Assembly (NCBI GenBank): GCA_035084275.1 | Contig: CM068742.1 | Span: 101,742,001 to 101,806,000 of the forward strand | Reading direction: 5' to 3' | Length of the DNA: 64,000 nucleotides | From: Hydrolagus colliei | Lineage: Eukaryota | Shown here: one piece after another, positions 1-13,459 of the stretch | Layout of the letters: the number at the start of each line of letters is the position of its first letter | Position numbering within the stretch: position 1 is the stretch's first letter | Translations under genes and position numbers: made by a program | The notes under the pieces: model-generated | What the model saw: only the letters and a program-made list of their open reading frames with translations | Databases searched by the model: none | Told to the model about the DNA's origin: nothing

Positions 1-101
1 CGAGGGTGGGGGTTATGTGGTCACGGAGGCGGGTGCGGGATAGTACACGGGCTGCAGAGTTTTGGATGGCCTGCAGCCTATGAATGGAGGAACTGGGGAG
101 G
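1..101 (-). mobile_element. L2 fragment running off the window edge
   Basis: Near-identical to 38216-38316 of the long L2. Confidence 0.9.
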
Positions 102-499
102 CAAGAGCATAGGTTGCAACCAGGAGTGGTAAAGCTTAGTTGCAGCTGCTGCTCTAGTCATGGAAAGATCAGCACTAACACCCTTGGCTATGTTGCATAT
201 TACTTTAAGGACATAAGGGACAATTGAATATGGATGATGCAAGGATAAAAGGATTCTGGGATAGTGACTGGGCAGATTTGAAAGAGATTGATTTGTAACA
301 TTCATATCTGCACTGTGCTTGGGATTAAATAACATTACAAGCCATATGTAAATGAACACATTATTGTCGACCTGTTCATTACAGATAGGTTTATTAAGGG
401 TGAGAGAAAACAGCGACAGGCAAATCACAAAAGTGAAATTCTATTATAGAAAGGTTATTTCGCAATCAAATTTAGAATCTTACATATCTCTATAAGGTC

Positions 500-800
500 T
501 CTTATGCGATCCCTTTTCAAAGCTGAAGAGCCCCATCTTATTTAATCTTTGCTCATTCCTCCAAACTAGGGAATCAAACATGGAGGATCATCCTCGTTGG
601 TTTCCTCTATGCATTCTCTGAGATCTGGTCAGCCCGCATATTGCAGTGACCAGTTTTGGGTGTAGTACTCTAGGTGCGGCCTTTCCAGAGGATTTTAAAG
701 CTTGGGCCTGATGTCTGAACTCAACTAATTTCACAATGCAGCCCAGCATCCTGTTTGCTTTGTTTATTGCTGTCTCATATGGTCTTGTATGTTGTGCAAC
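500..800 (-). mobile_element. Old CR1 fragment
   Basis: AINKANRMLGCI remnant and RT C-terminal-like sequence. Confidence 0.6.
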
Positions 801-3051
801 ACCGTGTCTGATCAGACCATCCACTCAGAAATAATGAATAAAACCTGGATCACACTGTTCTTCCCCACGTCTCCTTACCCATGGTGGCTTTCAAGCTGCA
901 TTAAATGCTCTGATCACAATGTCCTCTCCAATCCAATTTCATTGAATAGGTTCATAATTAATTTTTGAAAGCCTTGTGGAATTTATTCTCAAGTGAGCAG
1001 GATAACAAAGCCTAATGTAAGAATTAGTTTGGGGTCAGAGCAGGTGATTATGCATCATTATTGTGCTAAAAACAAACTGAAACATTAAAGTTATATTTCG
1101 CTGTATAATTATACCATTTTCATTATTTGTATTTGTTCGAATGGGTTTGAAAGTTCTCGCTTCTGCAAATTGGGGTCATTCCTCTGTCAGATAACAGCAC
1201 TGCCTGACAATTAAACCACTTCAAATTCTGTGGCTGAGCTCTTTAAAAAGGGCAAGAGTGGACCATATACCTATTTCTAGCAGCAGCTTTCATCTAATGT
1301 GACAACGTGATATGAAACTATATGACTACAGCTTTCAGTGTAAAAATTACACAAAGTAATAATAATTAATACTCCTTGCATTTGAGCGGGAGGAGGTCTC
1401 AAAGCACTTTGCAGTATCTTATTGTAAAGTATTGTGACTGTGCATTTTGTAGGCAAAATTCCTGAAAAGAGAACTACTAAAAAAGAATTTAGGTCATGTA
1501 TATGTTTCCTACACTGAGAGATTCGTAAAGTATCAACTATCAAGATTGATTGCAAATTATGTATTCCTTCTCCCTTATGCCTTCACTGTATCTGTCCCAA
1601 TAACAAAAAGGTTGGTCAGGTGCCTTGGATTACTTTGCACTAACCGCGCTCTGAGGCATTTCTAGTCATGAATCACCGTGTAAATAGCCACTCTCAGTGG
1701 CAACACAACACTTAGATCCAATTTCCTGCAATCCAACTAATAGTAGGGGATGTGGTCTCATACTCCAATCATTGCTATTCACATGATAAAGAATATCATC
1801 AAAACAAGATAAGAGACCAATGAACTAAGATTAGTGGTATTAGTGGTATTCCTAAATGTATTCCATTTGTTCTTTAGGAATATGAGCAGGTGTCTCCCCT
1901 TTCCAGGAAAGTGATTTGCTCTATTCAGTGGCCAAGCACCACTATTTTGTTTTTTCCCTGAGGCAATGGATAATACAATGGATTTTTCATTAAATCCCAT
2001 TGTAAGGATTTAATGAAAAGATTTCTAATTTTAGTAATATGTCTCAGATTGGCCTTAACATCCATAATCCTGAGGCAAGCATTCCTATATTGCAAATTTC
2101 AGGCCCTGTCAATCTGGTTTCATTTCGCGTTTATGGGGTTTATCTGGCAAGGAGGGAATTTTGATCACATTTTCAATAGAGGCTGTTCCTGCACTGTAGC
2201 AAAGCTCAACCCACTGTTATCCACTAAGAGTCCCAAGCAGAACCGGCAGCATCTACGCACGTTTAATAATTCCAGTGATGAGTTTTTAGTCTGAAATCCT
2301 TATGATACAGCAATCCTTTGTGCATCATGATGATCATTCAAATGTTATTCCAAACATTTCACAATCGCGCCACAATGTTTTGCTGATCTCCTCGGAATAG
2401 TACAAAGGACCCATTGTAGTTATATTTGCAATGTTTCCAAGTAAAACGGATCAGATAAAGGTCAGATGTTCCAGAAACCTTTGCAAGCCAGGCTACACGA
2501 CTGACTCATAATTTTATGGGCATTGTTAATTCCACTGCTCTCAGTAAGAATGCTCACATTCCCATTATTTAATATAATCCACTGCAGTAAGCGCATGGCA
2601 CATTCCGGAATAACTTTGCAACATTATAAAGAACATGTTCAGGGTTTAGGTACATCGAACCAATGTTAATCTAGTGTTTCATAGGAGTTGTCAGTGAAAA
2701 AGCTTGAGAAATATTATTATATTATTATTATATAAGAAAATTGTGCTTTTGGATTCACTGTTGGTTTTGGGTTCCCACTATCTCAGCCACTGATCTGCAG
2801 ACAAAATTCAATTACTTTTAAAAATAACATACAGATGGTCCATACTGAAACATACAGGTGGTCCATCTATACAGGACCATCTGATATGAGGAAAGCTTGT
2901 TAGTTATTTGATTGCATTTGAAAATAAAATACTAAAAAGTTATCTAATTTACGTCGTGCTCTGCCTGTCAAGTGCTCTGGAACAATACCCTGCGTGAGGG
3001 GCGCAATATAAATGCAAGTTGTTGTTCTGATTTGCCTCTGCAGGATTCCAT

Positions 3052-3300
3052 AACAACAAAAACAACAAAATTACACTTGTATAGCACCTTTCACTTCAGG
3101 AGGACCTCACAAGGCACTGGACAGTCATTGTTTCAGAGAGCTGGGGACAGGGAGGGTGGAGGGGAAGGGAAGGATTTGGAGTGGCCAATAGGACCGTCGA
3201 AGAGGATGGTCTTGAGGCGGGACTTGTAGGAGGCCAAGCAGGGTGTGAGGCAGAGGGATTGCAGGATGGAGTTCCAGAGGTTGGGAGCAGAGTGGCTGAA
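3052..3300 (-). mobile_element. L2 3' fragment
   Basis: (TTG)n tail, stem-loop and PxLWNS..FK..LKT-like end. Confidence 0.8.
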
Positions 3301-4369
3301 GGATAATAATAATAAATGTAAAAGGGAATTGCTTACTGTAACTGGACAGAAAGCACAACATGTGTGTGTGGATAAACTGCAGAAGGGTTTAGTTATAATG
3401 TCTAGAAATGCCCATCAATTAGATCCTGATAACACATCCACTGCAAAAAATAATACAACAACTTGCATTTATATAGCATGCTTCACATGGGACAGTGTCT
3501 CAGGGTGCTAATAACACAATGCCCTAGTTTATAAAACTCTTTGTAAAATGTCACATTCATACAATGCCTATAGTGACACTTTCATCTGATAACTGTTATG
3601 TAGACATGGTGGTGGTTAATCTTAGCCAGTGTCCACAAGCAGCAATGAGGGGAGTGTGACCAATGATTTTGTTTCTGTCTATATCTGCATTAACTTTCTC
3701 AGGGTGTCAATGGGGCAACTCCAAACCAGGCTTTCTGAGGCAGATTGTTTTGTACTTCAACTGGCTGCTGAGGGGTCTTCCTGGATTAGGAAAGGAATCG
3801 TTTCTGCTGTATCTCAGACCCACATCATGTTTCCCTGTTCTCAGTCCATAGTCAAATCAAAGTACAGTATCTCACTTAAATTGCTTCATATACTTTGGCA
3901 ACAGAAATGACATATTCTGTGTTAACACAGTAAAACTTTGTGTTTGGTTTTCCCCACAAGATACCAATGAGGATGCTTGGTTCCAGACCAAGCAGAAGTC
4001 AAACAAGTCAAGATGCTCTTAGGTAATTGCTATGAAAATGATTAAAGTAGATATCAGAGGTATCCATAAGACCCAGATCATAGAGGGACTACAAATTTAC
4101 ATTATAATCACATTGGATTACAGATGCTGCGCATAGGATAATGTGTTAATATTTGGTTCTGAAATGAGGGATTTGCAAACACAGAGAGATGAAATTCAAT
4201 CTGAATTTATATTTACTTTAAGAAATTCACAAAACATTCCAGAATTTGAAAAGTTGTTGAATTCACTACAGACTTTGATGTGAAATGTTAAAAGTACAGT
4301 GCTTACAGAAAATCTGTTTCAAAATTAAGACTGTGTTTAAGAATTAGCCAAATTTGTAACACTGAAACA

Positions 4370-4940
4370 TCAATAACAAAATTACATTTGTCCTTTCATG
4401 TCTGGAGGACGCCCAAGGTGCTGAACCTCCTGTGTTTCAGACCTGAGCTGGGATCGGGGAGGGTGGAGGGAAAGGAGGGGAGGAGGGTAGTGACCAATGG
4501 AACCATCAAAGAGGAGGGTCTTGAGGCAGGACTTGAAGGAGGTCAGGGAAGGGGCAACGGGGAGGGATTGAAGGATGGAATTCCAGAGGTTGGGTGTAGA
4601 GTGGCTGAAGACTTGTACATCGATGGCGGGGTGGATGGGTTGGGGGAGATGAAGCAGATTGGAGCCCACTGAGCGAAGGAAGTGGGCAGATTGGTAGGGG
4701 TTAGGAGGTCGCAGAGGTAGGGTGGGGCAGGGCCATGGAGGGCTTTATAGGTGAGATCCTGGATCTTGAATTGAATCCTCTGGGTAATGGGGAGCCATTG
4801 GAGACGGGTGAGAATGGGGGAGATGGTGTCATAGAGCTTGGTGTGGTAGAGGACATGGGCTACAGAGTTCTGGGTGATCTACAGCCTATGTAGGGAGGAG
4901 TTAGTGAGGCCGACAAGCAGGGCATTGGAATAATCGAATC
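4370..4940 (-). mobile_element. L2 3' fragment
   Basis: PNLWNSILQSL...SFKSCLKTLLF plus L2 3' tail. Confidence 0.85.
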
Positions 4941-5569
4941 CCTAAGGAAGCAAAGTAAATCTGGACCCAGGTAGAACTTCTGTGATTTATTGTGTTAAAC
5001 ATGACTTTCCAGGCTATAGAGTCCAATTCGTGAATATTGGGTTAGAGAAGTCACAGCTGTTGAATGGCAATTCCCAAGACAGCAACGTCTGAACAAAGAA
5101 AGTTTCATGATTGAACACATGACTTTTCATGGTCGCTTTCACAATAAACACAGCAAAAATAACAACAAAAACAACAAGAATGGCAGTGGGTGGCAGATAA
5201 TAAGCATGTTTCTGAGAAGTATTCTAGTTGAAAAGACCTCAAAGTTGCTACACTGGAAATCCTACCTGTGAGAAGTTGGCAGCCCAAGCTTAGAATATGG
5301 TGCAACTCCAGTACTATCTGTGCTCAAAAGTGTTCATAGCAAGCAAGGCCTACTGACGCTCATACAAGGTAAAAGCAAACCTATTGACACTCTGCTCCTT
5401 CACTAATTCACATACACCAAGTAGGTTGGGATTGTCAGAAGGTGCACGAGTGGTTTTCCTAAACTTGCCACAAATGTGTGTTGGTATGTAACAACAACTC
5501 TGATTTATATCGCGCCCTCCATGCCGGACGGCATCTCAGAGCGCAATACATGTAGCTTATATTTGGGAC

Positions 5570-5878
5570 TAATAATATGAATCCTTGCATTTGATATAGT
5601 GTTTTTCACATCTTCTAGACATCTCAAAACGTTTCACAGAATAAACTGTAAAGTGAATTGATTGTATATTTATGGGCGAAACGCAGCAGTCAATTGCACA
5701 CAGCAGTGTCCCACAAACAGTCGTGGATTGAAATTACCAATTTTATTATTACATTTTTTTTAGGGATTATTATTAGGCATGTGGAGCAAGGAAACTTGCT
5801 CAAGGTTTCACCCTGACCTTCGAACACAGGTCTCAAGCTTGTAAGGTGAGTGCTCTAACCACTGGACTACAGGACTCC
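5570..5878 (-). mobile_element. tRNA-derived SINE, short subfamily
   Basis: Head GGAGTCCTGTAGTCCAGTGGTTAGAGCA...GTTCGAA (A and B boxes). L2-type tail ATATCAAATGCAAGGATT then an AT-rich end. Confidence 0.88.
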
Positions 5879-6332
5879 GGGTCAAGACAACCACTAACAA
5901 TTTAGAAAACACTGCTTGGGTTTTTGGCCAGTGTATCTGTCTTCCCAAGTCCAATGGAGGACGGCAAGGTGGATGGAGAGCCCTGAAATACTGTAATGTG
6001 TGATAGAAAAAGAGGTGCACAAACACAATCACTACATAAAAAAGGACTTACTTCTTTGATGGCACTTTCAATCACTCCTTCAGCTCAGATGCCTAGGCAG
6101 CTGTTTGAGTGTGCAGTACTGCACGTATTTAGATACCCAAATGTCAGAGGATAGTTTGTCAATTGTGTAGACTATGTATTTTGTAAGTAAATGCAATAGC
6201 CAATTTGTACATGGCAGCGTCCCTCAAACAGCCATGAAGTGCATGACCAATGTTATTGGGGAGTTGTTGACCAGGAACACAGTAAAAACTCCTTGATTGA
6301 AGTATCCTCAAAGTATCCTCTTTCTGCTGACT

Positions 6333-6645
6333 ATAATAATAATAATCTTTGCATTTGATATAACTTTTTTCGCATCTTGTAGAAGTCTCAAAGCACTTCA
6401 CAGAATATACTATACTTTAAAGTGAATTGACTATTTTTGAGGGTGAAAAGCAGCCAGTGGCACACAGCAGTGCCCCACAAACAGTCGTGGATTTAAGTGA
6501 CTAATTTATTATTGGTTTTTTTCAAGGGATTATTATCAGGCATGTGGAGTAAGGAAATTTGCCCAAGGTTTCATCTTGCCTGGAATTGAACCCAGGTCTC
6601 CCACTTGTAAGGCAAGTACTCTACACCACTGAGCTACAGGACTCC
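6333..6645 (-). mobile_element. tRNA-derived SINE, short subfamily
   Basis: Same head, body and (TTA)n tail as the 5570 copy. Confidence 0.88.
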
Positions 6646-8203
6646 ACATTCTGCATGTAATTTACTGAGGCAGGTCAATTCGGTATGACAAATAACACAA
6701 ACAGAGTCCGTAATTTTAAACAAATTGACACATTCTTTTAAAAGCTGTACAGTGTAGGAGTTTTAGAGTTCAGTTAATAGTAATTCTTGTGTTTGACATA
6801 GAGGCTTATCATGTCATTGACATCTCAAAGCTGTTGTGGGTAGCCCACTGAAGTTGAATATAAGGCACATATTGAGCTGGAATAAAGGGATGTCTGTGTC
6901 TTGACCCATTACTGTACCTGACCTAAATATGTTTGATGCTGATGCTGCAGGTCCAAACTACAGTATAATGTGTCCCAGTTTACAGCACCATTTTATTGAA
7001 AGTCACAACATGAGAATGATGAAGTCAAAAACACAATATTCGCACTCCTGATTTGAACGGGTTCATAAATCGTAAATCCTGACAGCTGTGCGTTATGCCG
7101 ACTGCTGAGAATTCTGCTCCAACACTACAAAAACAACAACAACAACAAAATTACACTTATATTGCACCTTTCACGTCAAGAGGATGTCCCAACACTAAAA
7201 TGACTCCTCACAGCAAAACTTGGAGCATTTTAAACCATTAAGTATAAAGTGTACCAATGTGGTGTGGTAGAGGAAACAGAAGAGGCAGTCTATTAATCCC
7301 TTCAAATAAATATTAATTTAGTCACTCAATCCACGATTGTTAGTGCAACATTGTTGGGCACAATTGGCTGCCACATTTCACCCACAAATATATACAGTCA
7401 ATTCACTTTACAGTATATTCTGTGAAGCGTTTTGGGACGTTGATAAGTTGTGGAAAGCACTATATCAAATGCAAGGATTATTATTTTATTATTATTATAC
7501 AGTCAATTCACTTCACAGTATATTCTGTGAAGCACTTAGAGACGTCTCAAATATGCGCTAAAATGCTATATCAAATGCAAGGATTATTATTATTATTCAG
7601 CTAATTCTGAGGACATGCAGCACCGGGATCAGACTTTCAGTCAATACCAGTATTCGAATGAAAGATCATAAAAATGACATGCAAAATCATGGGGAGTCTG
7701 TCAGTAACCATCACAACCAGCCACGTACTTGGTAATCACGATTGCCAAAGATGAACACAAGGCATAAATGAATGAATGGATCAATGAATGAACCCGAATA
7801 AGGAAAGTCGAGTTGAAAGGAATACTAACAGGAAGAAATGACTTACTTTAAAGGCCATGCTGATGGTAAATGACGGTGATGGAATGGAAAGACCGGGATA
7901 GACATTGTATTATATGACCATCTTTTGTAATCCATTGGCAGAAGTTAAAATAAACACTATTTAGGAATGAATAGCCTGAATAAGGAAGTAGCAAAATGCA
8001 TTTATGTAGTGTCTTTCATGTAAAAGAAACATCTCGTAACATCTTACAGAATTAGATCAGTTAGGAATGAAATGAACGTTGTTATGCAGGCCAACATGGT
8101 AACCAATTTGTCTGATAAACAGTGATGGGATGGAGCAGCCAATTCATTTGAATTTGGAGGAGGGAATATAAACCAGAATAACTGGGCAAAAACTCTACTC
8201 TTC

Positions 8204-8510
8204 TAATAATAATAATCCTTGCATTTGATATAGCGCTTTTCATGTCTTCTTGACGTCTCAAAGCGCTTCACAGAATATACTGTAAAGTGAATTGACTGTA
8301 TATTTGTGGGCAAAACCGTGGCAGCCAATTACACACAGCAGTGTCCCACAAACTGTCGTGGATTGAAATGACCAATTTTTATTATTGTGTTTTTTTGGGG
8401 GGGGATTATTATTAGGCGTGTGGAGTAAGGAAACTTGCCCAAGGTTTCACCCTGACTTTCCTGGATCCGAAAACAGATCTTACTCTCCAACCACTGAGCT
8501 ACAGGAGTTC
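8204..8510 (-). mobile_element. tRNA-derived SINE, short subfamily
   Basis: Same architecture as the 5570 copy. Confidence 0.88.
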
Positions 8511-8934
8511 TCCCAGTCAGTTTCATGAGTCCACCTTGGAGTGTGAGTGTTGGTTTGGCACACCTCCTGCTAGATCAATTAAAGCTCCACTCATCCAAGG
8601 CATGATGTGGCTCAGGCACAAGCACATTTAAAAAAAAGTATTCTGCTGATTGAATGTCATATGCACACTGTGAGCTCCACCTTATTACAGTAATAATTTC
8701 ATAATTATGCCTTTAAAAAAATATTACTGCCAATCATTAGCAAGTGAGTCGTGTACCAGCGCCTTGGGACGTCCTCCTGACATGAAAGGCATTATACAAG
8801 TGTAATTTTGTTTTTGTTGTTGTACCATCTTCATACAGCGATTAGCTGCCAGCTCATCAGATCAGATCCTGAAAGCAAAGCAATGGGATGAACTGAGAAG
8901 TGGGTGTCACAGTTTCTTATCACAGTGTCACAGT

Positions 8935-9166
8935 GCCTTCAGCCACTATGCCCCGAAACTCTGGAACTCCCTTCCTCACTCCCTTCACCTCGCCTCCTCT
9001 CTTCCTAGTTTCAGGACTCAGCTGAAGACGTTTCTTTTCAACCGCACCTTCGGTCACCTTCTTTCCCCCTCCCGCTGGCTCGGGCCCGGGATCCATTATT
9101 GAGAAACGCTCTGAGACGCCATCCGGCGTGGAGGGCGCTATATAAATTGAAGTTGTTGTTGTTGTT
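8935..9166 (+). mobile_element. L2 3' fragment with variant tail
   Basis: AFSHYAPKLWNSLP...LKTFLF, then cgctctgagacgccatccggcgtggagggcgctatataaattgaag(ttg)n. Confidence 0.8.
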
Positions 9167-11254
9167 ATAGGACCATCGCTTCATTTAGTAGAAGAACCTA
9201 AGCCTGATAAGTTAGTGTAATGAAAAATTCAGGTGGGGAACATCCTGTGTTTATAAGTACTCATGGCAGATTCTCTTCTCCCACTGAGTGAAAGATGAAC
9301 AACAACAAAATTACATTTATAATAATAATAACAATCCTTGCATTTGATATAGCACTTTTCACATCTTATCAACATCTCAAAGTGCTTCACAGAATACACT
9401 GTAAAGTGAATTGACTGTATATTTGTGGGCGAAATGCAGCAGCCAATTGCGCACAGCAGTGTCCCAGCGAACAATCGTGGATTGAAATGACTTATTACTA
9501 TGGTTTCTTTGGATGGATTATTATTATAGAACGCCTTTCACGTTGGGAGAACATCCCAAGATAAATAACCATTCTACTTCTGAGCTTGCTATCCTGTGTC
9601 CACACAGGTAGCGTAAGATCACAAGATTAGAGCAACTTGTTTCATCACCATGATCTGGTTTATTCACCAAAGAGAACAATTACAACAATAGTAAACACAG
9701 GTATACAGAGCACAGTTCCCAGGTGAGGTACTAAAATAAATTAGTTGGGGTCTACTTTTCACAAAGTACACTATTTGCTACCATGTCTGACTAGAAGGCA
9801 AACTGGATGTGACATTCAGCTAAGATATCACCAGTTTATTTTCACAGCAAATCAGTAGATCTTATACTGCAGTAAATAGGACAGTGACAAGCTTCGGAAC
9901 ACACAGAGAGCACAGTCTGAATAACTTTAAATAGCCATTTCTCATTCAAGCGGCACAACAGAGCTTGCTGTACTTAGCAAGCAATTCAGCTCAAACCTCA
10001 TTTCTTAGCAACTCTAGCATGCAGTTTCAGGAAAATATAGTTGGCCTAGATGCAAATAAACTGGTGCAGCTGCTGTGTGTTCAGTTCAATTGGGCCTTTG
10101 TGCATTGTACCCTCCCTTTGTAAGATAAGAGTACTGATGTCCTGTAATTAACTTCTGGATTGAGCTCATTGTTTATGTGTAAGTGACAATGGCTTTCTCG
10201 GTTTGGGAAACAAGTACGGTTAAAGGGGCAGGGGCAATGTATCAGGGGGTTACGGCACAGGTTCAGTCTCTGGAGTAACCTGCTCTGAGCAGTACACTAT
10301 AAGAGTGGTCATGTTGGTCACAGCACATATTCTAACTGCTATAGTGGAGCAAGCTTCAAGCTTTTTGGGGGATGGGATTTTTTCTGTTCTCAACCATCAG
10401 ATTTGGTAACTTTACTGACTGGTGGACATGAATTCTGTCCAGCATTATGCATGCCGCATAATGTGACACTATTATGGGAATTTCCATTAATGTCCAACAT
10501 CACCAAATGCAATGTGCATGGTACAGTACTAAATCCTATTCCAAGCCCCTGACATGCCTAGCTAGACAAGTGATGATAATAATAGTACTAATAATAATAA
10601 TCCTTGCATTTCATATAGCGCTTTTCACATCTTTGAGATGTCTCAAAGCGCTTCACAGAATATACTGTAAAGTGAATTGACTATATTTGTGGGCGAATCG
10701 CGGCGGCTAATTGCACACAGCAGTGTCCCACAAACAGTCGTGGATTGAAATGACCAGTTTATTATTGTTTTTTGAGTGATTATTATTATTAAGTAATGTG
10801 CACTGTCTGATTACCAACTCTTCTATCAGTATTTTGGAGGTGTTTGTTGCAGTGCTAGTCTACATTTCTATAATAAATACATAAGAATAATCCTTGCATT
10901 TGATATAGCGCTTTTTCACGTCTTCTAGGCGTTACAAAGTGCTTTACAGAATACACTGTAAAATGAATTGACTGCATATATTGTGGGAAAAATATATTAT
11001 ATCTCCAGGAAACAATAGTTTCTTTGCTGTTGAAAGTATGGAATTGCCATCAGTAAGAAAGCAATTGTTAGGAAAAGCACTCTGTTCGATGCAACATTGG
11101 ATTCATATCTCAGAGTTTATCAAGATTCCTTCCTGTGTCAGAGAGAAATTGCAGAATCTTTTCTTTTCTTGGAAGTTTCACCTGAACTATTTAACTGTCT
11201 CAGGTCAAGAACCTTCAAACTGGAGGAGAGCCCATGATATGGTCTATGGAGGCA

Positions 11255-11475
11255 ATTAATCTGACGTATTTAATAGCTGAATTATCACCAATCCTTTTGG
11301 TATTTTGGTTTATATTTTTGGTAGTTCAGAGTATTAAGGGATATGGGGAGGAGAGAAATTGAAATTGAAAGGATTTGTAGAGGTACAGATCAGCCATGTT
11401 CTAATTAAATGGTGAAACAGGCTAGAAGGGTTGAATGGCCTACTCCTGTTCCTATGTTTCTAAGTTTCTATGTAT
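11255..11475 (+). mobile_element. CR1 3' end, family of the 57907 copy
   Basis: gatcagccatg...gaatggcctactcctgttcctatgtt tail. Confidence 0.75.
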
Positions 11476-11509
11476 GTACTTCACATATCTCATATAACCA
11501 ATCTGGAAT

Positions 11510-11728
11510 TCTCAAGCCCCAAATTTCCTATGATTTTCAGCTTTAAATCATAGTCTTAAAAATTTAAGATCATACAGATTGGTTTTAATTTAGAAGCTGA
11601 TTTTCCAAAATCCTCCATTTGATTTGCAGAACAACACTTCCCAAATTAAGGCTAAAATACCCAAATCTGGCAGGACTTGAAATGTTAAGACTATAGTCCA
11701 TGAATACAAGAACATTTGGGGCTTTGAA
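11510..11728. mobile_element. Foldback / palindromic MITE-like element
   Basis: Inverted pairs caagccccaaat / atttggggctttg and atagtcttaaaaatttaag / cttgaaatgttaagactat. Confidence 0.65.
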
Positions 11729-12391
11729 CGTTTAAGTACAACAACAACAACAAATTTACATTGATAGAACGCCCTTCACATCAGGAGGATGTCCCAAGGC
11801 GCTAAAGTGTCATTGGCGCAGAGGAAAATTATTATTACCAACAAATAATTATTACAACATTCTTACTGAAGGAAAGGGCAGTTGCTGAGGTTACATGCTG
11901 AAAGCACAATTTTTGTCAGTCTTCCCTGGAGTTTTCGTTTCATTGAATATTTAAATTCACAAGTGTTACAAAGGCACAGCTGCACCAGCACCAGACCAAC
12001 GCATCAAATCGGCAACATAAATAAACATTTGCCAACTCTTGGATTTTAAAAAAAATAAACTACAACATTCACAATGCAACAAAGTCTTTGGATATAATGG
12101 ATTCTGATGCAATTTCTATTCACTGTGGCAGCCCTCAGCTTAGTTCAATTGGGAGTACTCGCAACTGCAACTGCACGTGAATTCAAGCCTCATTTTGGGA
12201 CATTGATCTTATCGTTCCACCTGGACACTCTGGCTGAGTTATATTGTTTATTGGTTCTGTCTTTTGGAAGAGGTTTTAAATTAACATCCCATCTTCCTGT
12301 TCAGGTCTGTAATAATTCACAATACTAGTTTATTAAGTAACTTTTGTTTAATACCCTCCAACCAATTATTCTCCCAGAATTCCTTTTATAC

Positions 12392-12510
12392 TAAACAGAA
12401 ACGCAAAATACTGCAGATGCTGGAAATTTGACTAACACGAAATGTCGACTACTTTTCCTTTCTCCTTAGATACTGCCTGCCTGCTGAGTGTTCCCAGCGA
12501 TTTCTGATTC
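12392..12510. mobile_element. Penelope-like terminal-repeat remnant, two pieces in inverted arrangement
   Basis: AAAATACTGCAGATGCTGGAAAT joined to CGAAATGTCGACT...AGATACTGCCTGCCTGCTGAGTGTTCCCAGC, resembling chondrichthyan Penelope UTRs from memory. Confidence 0.5.
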
Positions 12511-13459
12511 ATTTTATACTTCCTGGTCTTCTTTCATTGATTCCCAGTTAATTGTTTATTTATTCTTAAAAAGAGTTATCCAACAAGATGGATGTCAAAG
12601 ATCCCATGGCACTATTCAAAAATAGAAGATACTTTCTCCTGTTTTCCTGGCCGAGAATCCACAAGATAAAATCAGTCATTCATAGACATTGTTGCTGTGT
12701 GCAAATTGTTAATTATATTTGCCTACAAAATACAACAATAACAAATTTACATTTGTATATTACCTTTCACATCAGAAAGATGTCACAAGGTGTTGGGACA
12801 TCAATACAGTCACTACACTTAACAGCAAAATCTTGTGAAATACTTTGAAACATTTTGATGTCTGATAAAAGTACTGTAACAAATTAAAGATTAATATTAT
12901 ATTGTAACAACAGGAAGCCAGCTAATTTGGATTGCAATTGGAGAGGGAGGATGGGTCTTGTTCTAGATAAACAACAACAACAATAAAATTACACTTGGGA
13001 GTGCCCTAACCCTAGGAGGCTCTTTACCCATACCGCAGGATGGGAGATGCTGCTGGCAGTGAAGAAGAGGACCAAGAAAGCCGAACACCTCTATATAGGT
13101 CCAGAGAGAACTGGCCTATTAGAATTCACATTGAGTACTGGGAGCCTGAGCTGGAAGCACAGAGGGCTCGAGGTTTAAAGGGTTTTGACATCCCAGAGTT
13201 GCTGGGCTATGAGAACCATAACCTCTGAATAATATCTGGCTGCACGCTCTGTCTGACTGAACCGGTTCATGTTACAATATGTTTCTTCAAATCTGTTCAA
13301 AATGAATGCTGTTATCCAAATTCAATTGTTATGATGCTATTAAAATGGAATTTCAATGTTATTTTATAACTGAAGCAAGTAGTTCATGATGTTTTCATTA
13401 TACTGAAGTTTAGAAGATAGGGCGATGCCAAGTGTAACTGGATCAGAAAAAATATTTGC

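Noticed and set aside
5810-5878. tRNA genes (A and B boxes seen here and at other sites)
   Set aside because: They are SINE heads attached to SINE bodies and lack a complete cloverleaf.
7380-7600. Tandem repeats resembling an array or CRISPR-like structure
   Set aside because: A simple tandem duplication of a SINE tail. There is no repeat-spacer periodicity, and the DNA is eukaryotic.
1-13400. A downstream neighbour gene such as TMEM252
   Set aside because: No ORF or exon with recognisable similarity. Short exons could be missed without a search.
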